From NCBI GenBank assembly GCA_004561445.1, contig SFVX01000001.1, forward strand, positions 318,266-382,265: a stretch of 64,000 nt of DNA, written 5' to 3'. This document shows, in pieces, positions 59,342 to 64,000 of this stretch; positions within the stretch are counted from its first letter, which is position 1, and every line of letters starts with the position of its first letter. Source of the DNA: a bacterium (lineage in GTDB: Bacteria; Patescibacteriota; Saccharimonadia; Saccharimonadales; Saccharimonadaceae). The notes under the pieces were generated by a model, which was given only the letters and a program-made list of their open reading frames with translations, was not told where the DNA came from and ran no database searches. The position numbers and the translations under genes are program-made.

Positions 59342-61912
59342 CTAGAGAGCTTTAAGCTCGGCGCGCATGTCGACGAGGAGTTTTTCTTTGTCGGCGAGCT
59401 GGGCGCGAGTTTCGGCAACGAGCTCGGCTGGAGCTTTCTTGACATAATTGTCGTTTTGGAGGCGTTTGGCGAGCGTGTCGTACTCTTTTTCGCATTTAAT
59501 GATGCGATCTTTGAGACTATCAACGTACTGAGCTTTAATATCGTCTGGGAGTTGGAGATAGATATTGTTGTGGCCGGAGATGGCGAGATGAAGGCCACTG
59601 GCCTGCTCTGGCTTGATAAGTGGAACAGCTGGAGCCTTGGTGAGATGCTGAATGAGAAGCTGGTTGGCGTACATAACATCGTCGTCAAAGAAGGCGATTG
59701 GGAAAGTCTCGGCACCTGGAATGGCTTGATAGTGGCTGCGAACGCAAGTAACAATGTCGATGAGTTGTTTGAAGTTGTTAACGCGTTCTTCGTCGACAGT
59801 GTAGAGTTCTGGCCAAGTGGAAGTAATTAGCATACCGCGAGTCCAAGAGAGGTTTTGCCAGATGGTCTCAGTGACGAAAGGCGCAAATGGGTGAAGCATT
59901 TTCAAGATTTGTTCGAGGCTGTCTTGAAGTAGGCCAATGTTCTTCCAGAGTTTTTGACATTCGAGGAACCAGTCGGCGTATTTGTTCCAGATGAGGTCGT
60001 AAAGAAGGTCACCAGCTTCGGCGAAGCGGTAATTTTCGATAAGCTTCTTGACTTCTTCGTTGGCTTGATTGATTTGGTCGCAAATCCAGTTTTCGCCGTA
60101 GTTCTTAAGCTCGAAGGCCTGCTTTTCGGCAGTATCTTTGGTGTTATCGTCGACCATTTGTTGAATGAGGCGGGAGATGTTCCAGAGTTTGTTGCAGAGG
60201 TTGCGCGAGGCGATGACTTTGCCGACACTAAAGGCTTGGTTGACGCCAGCGCTACGGGATGCGATGAGACCAAGGCGGAGCGCATCGGAGCCATATTCGG
60301 AAACGACAGTCATCGGATTAATGACATTGCCCTTGGATTTGGACATCTTTTGGCCTTTTTCGTCTAATACCATGCCATGCATATAGACATCCTTGAATGG
60401 GATATCATCAGTGACATAGAGGCCGAGCATAATCATGCGACCAACCCATTGGAATAGAAGGTCGGCACCAGTCTCCATAACAGAGGTAGGATAGTGGACT
60501 TCACTACTGCTTGTGGTGATATATGGCCATTGACCGGAGCTAAACCAGGTGTCGAAGGTGTCGTTGTCTCGGAGATATTTTTTACCGCCTATTTCGATTT
60601 CTTCTTCGTTGACACGAGTGTCGAAAATCCAGTCGGTTGGATCTTCGGCGTTTTTGAAGGCTGGGATTGGGATGCCCCACGGAATTTGTCGAGAGATATT
60701 CCAGTCGCGGATGTTTTTGAGATAGTTGATAAGAGCTTTTTTCTTGCTGGCTGGATGGAATTTGATTTTATTCTCATTGAGAACCTTGATGGCACGCTCG
60801 GCGAGTGGCTTAACATTGATGAACCATTGCTCTTTGAGTAGTGGTTCGATAACGGTGTCGCATTTGTAACAGTGACCAACGGAGTGAGTGATATTCTCTT
60901 CTCCACGGAGATAGCCGTTGTTGTCGAGATTGTTGAGGATTTTCTTGCGACATTCTTCGGTGGTAAGGCCTTCGTAGTTGGCGCCTGCTTTGTCGTTCAT
61001 GCGGCCATCAAAACCGATAACGGTAATCATTTCGAGATTGTGGCGCTGAGCAACCTCGTAATCGTTTGGATCGTGCGCTGGAGTAATTTTGACGGCGCCG
61101 GTGCCGTAACTCATATCGGCATGCTCGTCGGCAATAATAGGAATTTCACGGTCGGTAAGAGGTAGCTTGACTTTTTCGCCAATTATGTTTTGGTAGCGTT
61201 CATCTTTTGGATTAACAGCGATGGCGGTGTCGCCGAGCATGGTTTCTGGACGGGTGGTAGAGACAACGATGTCGGTGATGCCGTCTTTAGGATTGACAAG
61301 TGGATAAGAGATGCGCCAAAGTTTGCCCTTCTCGTCTTTGTGGGTGACTTCGATGTCGGCAAAAGCAGTTTGGTGTTTTGTGCAGTAGTTTACGAGCTTT
61401 TCGCCGCGATAAATAAGACCATCATGCCAGAGGCGTTCGAAAGTTTTATAAACGGTGTCGATGACCTTTTGATCTAGCGTAAAGGTGAGGCTATCCCAGT
61501 CACAGGATGCGCCAAGGGCGCGAATTTGAAGTTCCATGTTGCCCCGCTGTTCATGGACGAAGTTCCAGACCTGGTCGTAGAGCTCGTCGCGTGTATAGTC
61601 GAAGCGAGTTTTGCCCTGACTCTCGAGGTAGCGCTCGTAGACGACCCAGGTTTCGAAGCCGGCGTGGTCGGCGCCTGGGATATACCAGGTGTTGTCGCCG
61701 ATGAGGCGGTGGTAGCGGGTTAAGATGTCTTCAAGGGCGATCGTGAGGCCGTGGCCAATGTGAAGATTGCCGTTGGCGTTTGGTGGCGGCATTACGATCG
61801 AGTATGGATTAGCGTTTGCTTTGTTGCTAGGTTTGAATGCGCCAGATTTTTCCCACATAGCGTAGACATCTGGCTCGTATTGATTTGGCTCGTATGCTTT
61901 ACTGAACTTCAT
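59342..61912 (-). CDS. valS: valine--tRNA ligase
   Basis: 856 aa with HIGH-type PPPNANGNLHIGH, KMSKS, and a C-terminal coiled coil. Confidence 0.97.
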   Translation of the reverse strand: MKFSKAYEPNQYEPDVYAMWEKSGAFKPSNKANANPYSIVMPPPNANGNLHIGHGLTIALEDILTRYHRLIGDNTWYIPGADHAGFETWVVYERYLESQGKTRFDYTRDELYDQVWNFVHEQRGNMELQIRALGASCDWDSLTFTLDQKVIDTVYKTFERLWHDGLIYRGEKLVNYCTKHQTAFADIEVTHKDEKGKLWRISYPLVNPKDGITDIVVSTTRPETMLGDTAIAVNPKDERYQNIIGEKVKLPLTDREIPIIADEHADMSYGTGAVKITPAHDPNDYEVAQRHNLEMITVIGFDGRMNDKAGANYEGLTTEECRKKILNNLDNNGYLRGEENITHSVGHCYKCDTVIEPLLKEQWFINVKPLAERAIKVLNENKIKFHPASKKKALINYLKNIRDWNISRQIPWGIPIPAFKNAEDPTDWIFDTRVNEEEIEIGGKKYLRDNDTFDTWFSSGQWPYITTSSSEVHYPTSVMETGADLLFQWVGRMIMLGLYVTDDIPFKDVYMHGMVLDEKGQKMSKSKGNVINPMTVVSEYGSDALRLGLIASRSAGVNQAFSVGKVIASRNLCNKLWNISRLIQQMVDDNTKDTAEKQAFELKNYGENWICDQINQANEEVKKLIENYRFAEAGDLLYDLIWNKYADWFLECQKLWKNIGLLQDSLEQILKMLHPFAPFVTETIWQNLSWTRGMLITSTWPELYTVDEERVNNFKQLIDIVTCVRSHYQAIPGAETFPIAFFDDDVMYANQLLIQHLTKAPAVPLIKPEQASGLHLAISGHNNIYLQLPDDIKAQYVDSLKDRIIKCEKEYDTLAKRLQNDNYVKKAPAELVAETRAQLADKEKLLVDMRAELKAL

Positions 61913-61919
61913 AGGATAT

Positions 61920-61928
61920 ATTATACCA
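61920..61928 (-). promoter_or_regulatory. extended -10 TGgTATAAT, 7 nt upstream of valS ATG
   Basis: Read on the - strand; no SD and no room for a T-box leader. Confidence 0.5.
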
Positions 61929-62023
61929 TAAAAATAAGGTGTTTGAGATGTTGGTGGACGGACTGCCGATCTGCTCTTCCCTGCTCGATTTTGCTTATGT
62001 TAACAGGGGTGGATTTTGGGAAT

Positions 62024-62051
62024 AAAAAAACATGTGAAGCTTCTTTCACAT
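62024..62051 (-). terminator. terminator-like hairpin about 110 nt upstream of valS
   Basis: Stem atgtgaa/ttcacat followed by TTTTTTT on the - strand. Confidence 0.45.
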
Positions 62052-62329
62052 AAAAATGTATTAAAATCCGACCATTTTTGCCCGAAATTATTTCACACGA
62101 AACTTGACAAAATGGTTATAATATTCCGTACTAGTTGCGGGGTGACACTCGCCCTCACTAATGCAATTTTGTACACCTGCTATATTGTTCCAAACATGAC
62201 CTGAATGTTTGTTATGTTTAGTATAGCATAAGCGGGGTTGCTAGGGCAAGGGGGATTGTGGAATTATGGGGCATTTTGGTGGACTAGGGCGAGAATTTTG
62301 GCTGTCAATATGTGTAAAATGCTGTCAAG

Positions 62330-62338
62330 TGTTAAAAT
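62330..62338 (+). promoter_or_regulatory. extended -10 TGtTAAAAT, 9 nt upstream of ATG 62348
   Basis: No SD. A near-duplicate ctgtcaa...taaaatg unit lies just upstream. Confidence 0.4.
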
Positions 62339-62347
62339 GTAGATAGA

Positions 62348-62551
62348 ATGGCGTATATAAGAAGGTTCAAGACGACGAGTGGGGCAACGGGCGTGCAAGT
62401 TTGCTATAAAAAGGGTAGGGAAGTAGTGAGAACGGTGCATGTGGGGTCAGCAAATTCCGAGGTTGGACTAACGAAATTGCTGAAAAAAGCTCAGGCTATA
62501 ATAGACAAAGACAAAAATCCGTTATTTGACCTAAAAAAATATGATGATTGA
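62348..62551 (+). CDS. 67-aa hypothetical; resembles the N-terminal stub of IS1634/IS4-type transposases (tentative)
   Basis: MAYIRRFKTTSGATGVQVCYKKGREVVRTVHVGSANSEVGL... recalls the transposase N-terminal pattern ...G...VQ......I.H.GSA; no catalytic part. Confidence 0.35.
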   Translation: MAYIRRFKTTSGATGVQVCYKKGREVVRTVHVGSANSEVGLTKLLKKAQAIIDKDKNPLFDLKKYDD

Positions 62552-62553
62552 AC

Positions 62554-62581
62554 AAAAAATCTCCCTTTGCGGGAGATTTTT
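62554..62581. terminator. bidirectional intrinsic terminator
   Basis: Stem atctccc/gggagat flanked by an A-run and a T-run. Confidence 0.65.
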
Positions 62582-62592
62582 GGGTTTTTCGG

Positions 62593-63516
62593 CTATTTTT
62601 TGAGAATTTTGCGTTTGATGCGGTTGATTTTGCGGAGGTTTTTGTAGATGCGGTATTTCTTGGTATCGATTGGAAGATCGTAAGTGCCAGCGAATTCGAC
62701 TTGTTGGCCGCCGAAGGCATTTTTGAAGGAAGTGAAACCGTACCAGGGGTCATTTTTGTCGTCAGTGCCGCAAACACCCCACATATCGAATGATTTTTGA
62801 CCAGATTTTTTGGCGTCAAGTATCATTTGAATGACTAGAATGGTGCCGGCGGCGAGATTGCGATGTTCGTAGTCGGCTCCACCGTGAGTGAAATATCGGG
62901 TATTTTCGTCGTCATAAATTAAATAGGCGGCGATAGGCTGATTTTCGTAGCGTGCGACATATAATTTCGTGAAATTTTGCTCAAATTGGGCTTTGAGATA
63001 TTTTTTGTCGTGAGTGGCGAAATTGTTGGTTTTGGAAATTGCGGTGTAAAAATCGTAAAGCGCGTCGAAATCAGCGGGATTTTTGGAAATTTCGATCGAA
63101 ATGCCTTTTTTGGCATAGTTGCGCCAGTAGCGAACCTTGCGTTTTTCGATATCGGCGAGAATTTCTTCCTCTGGGCGCGTTAAATCGATGATTCGAGTGT
63201 ATTTTGGCTCGATATCTTTGGTTTTTTGTAAATTTAAGTCTTTTTGATCGGTTTCAGAGACTGGGAGTAGGGGTTCAATGCGAACAAAAATGGCTTTTTC
63301 GCGGGTTGCTAGCTCTTTTAGGGCGAGGATGCCAGCTTTTTGACCTTTTTTGGTGTCGGCGGCCGGTCCATAGGGTACAAAAAGATAATTTCCGAGCTTG
63401 GTTTGCTCAAGAATTGCGAGGTAGGAGTAGTCTTTGGCCTCTTTGTAAAAAGTTTTGCGGCCGATATTACGTTGAAAATCGTTCCAAGCTTGGCTTTGTA
63501 ATATGTGTTTTGTCAT
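62593..63516 (-). CDS. FemAB-family peptidoglycan interpeptide-bridge aminoacyltransferase
   Basis: 307 aa with MTKHILQSQAWNDFQ... and the paired-GNAT pattern typical of FemX/FemAB. Confidence 0.75.
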   Translation of the reverse strand: MTKHILQSQAWNDFQRNIGRKTFYKEAKDYSYLAILEQTKLGNYLFVPYGPAADTKKGQKAGILALKELATREKAIFVRIEPLLPVSETDQKDLNLQKTKDIEPKYTRIIDLTRPEEEILADIEKRKVRYWRNYAKKGISIEISKNPADFDALYDFYTAISKTNNFATHDKKYLKAQFEQNFTKLYVARYENQPIAAYLIYDDENTRYFTHGGADYEHRNLAAGTILVIQMILDAKKSGQKSFDMWGVCGTDDKNDPWYGFTSFKNAFGGQQVEFAGTYDLPIDTKKYRIYKNLRKINRIKRKILKK

Positions 63517-63522
63517 AAAAAT

Positions 63523-63531
63523 AGTGTAGCA
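63523..63531 (-). promoter_or_regulatory. extended -10 TGcTACACT, 6 nt upstream of ATG 63516
   Basis: Read on the - strand; no SD. Confidence 0.4.
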
Positions 63532-63578
63532 TAACTAGTAATATGCGTGTGGTGATATAATATGCGCGAGATGATATA

Positions 63579-64000
63579 TTATGCTTCTGGTGATATATCT
63601 TTTGGGTCGGCCATTAATTTGATAAGGCGACGACATTCGGTGTCTTTAATGTCGGTAGGTAAACATAAGACACGTGGGGCGATATCTTCGGCGATTGGCG
63701 CCATTTTGGGGCTGTAATGATAGGTGCGGTTGCTAGCTGGACCGGGGAATAGTAGTGGGGAATACCATCGGCGAATGAAAAACTTTGAACTCATGAGAAG
63801 ATCGTAGGCGAGATTGGCTTGATTTTGGTCTTTGAAGAGAATAGGGTAGGCAAGTAGTGGCTCGTCGACAGAGGTGAGCGCTTCGAATTTGTCGGATTTG
63901 AGATGTTTTTGATAGTGCGCGACATTTCTTAAACGGCGATCGTAATTGACAGGTAGAGTGGGGAATTGCTCGAGAATTTTTTCGTTAACCCAGAGAGTCG
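63579..64000 (-). CDS. C-terminal part of a larger protein, possibly a DegT/DnrJ/EryC1-type aminotransferase (5' end outside window)
   Basis: The - strand frame is open from the window edge (hand translation ...VNYDRRLRNVAHYQKHL...PILFKD...IRRWYSPLL...RVLCLPTD...). The ORF-track Met at 63794 is internal. Confidence 0.4.
   Translation of the reverse strand, partial: TLWVNEKILEQFPTLPVNYDRRLRNVAHYQKHLKSDKFEALTSVDEPLLAYPILFKDQNQANLAYDLLMSSKFFIRRWYSPLLFPGPASNRTYHYSPKMAPIAEDIAPRVLCLPTDIKDTECRRLIKLMADPKDISPEA

Noticed and set aside
62104-62122. TTGACA ... TATAAT pair at 62104/62117 as a promoter
   Set aside because: The two hexamers are only 7 nt apart, which is incompatible with sigma70-type spacing. 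Only the -10-like element could be functional, and no downstream gene is evident.
61913-62347. T-box riboswitch upstream of valS
   Set aside because: I reverse-complemented the whole spacer and found no AANNNGGGTGGNACCNCG-type T-box sequence or specifier-loop arrangement. The -10 box 7 nt from the ATG leaves no leader.
1-64000. CRISPR arrays, rRNA genes, prophage or defence islands
   Set aside because: I saw no regularly spaced direct repeats, no 16S/23S/5S-like sequence, and no capsid, terminase, nuclease, methylase or reverse-transcriptase-like ORFs anywhere in the window.

Overview
This 64-kb chromosomal window comes from a small-genome, monoderm-type bacterium. The gene content suggests Patescibacteria/CPR, probably a Saccharibacteria-like lineage (inference only). 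Supporting content: minimal Suf genes, many glycosyltransferases, a LemA/DUF2207 pair, FemAB, short Mur ligases, T4SS-pilin paralogs, and a standard genetic code in which TGA is used as a stop. The window holds four main things. (1) The replication-origin neighbourhood, jag-yidC-rnpA-rpmH divergent from dnaA-dnaN-recF, with four clusters of a TTTTCCACA DnaA-box variant; one cluster lies next to an AT-rich tract between two convergent genes. (2) Housekeeping genes: aspS, valS, smpB, dus, groES/groEL with a CIRCE operator, murC- and murE-like ligases, HIT, hsp20 and three tRNAs. (3) Two envelope-glycan loci: GT2 + GtrA + priming phosphotransferase, and GT32/GT4/ABC exporter/GT2/GT4/O-antigen-ligase-like/LCP. 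(4) A roughly 17-kb type IV secretion-like locus (32.9-50.1 kb) wedged between recF and tRNA-Ser. Its core looks Gram-positive in style: VirB6-like, PrgI/VirB3-like, VirB4 ATPase and a four-module cell-wall hydrolase, plus orphan membrane proteins. It faces an array of seven paralogous TrbC/VirB2-type pilin genes, one of which is a tandem double pilin and one of which lacks a signal peptide. No VirD4, relaxase, VirB11 or integrase is visible in the window. Other notable signals: about 24 genes have an extended -10 box 6-11 nt upstream of the ATG with no Shine-Dalgarno, implying leaderless mRNAs. A ComF gene is interrupted by a single in-frame TGA. There is a LexA DNA-binding domain protein without the protease domain, a truncated Mur-ligase-like protein with a degenerate P-loop, and a tRNA-Arg read with anticodon GCG. 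All functional calls come from motif recognition by eye; no database searches were run.
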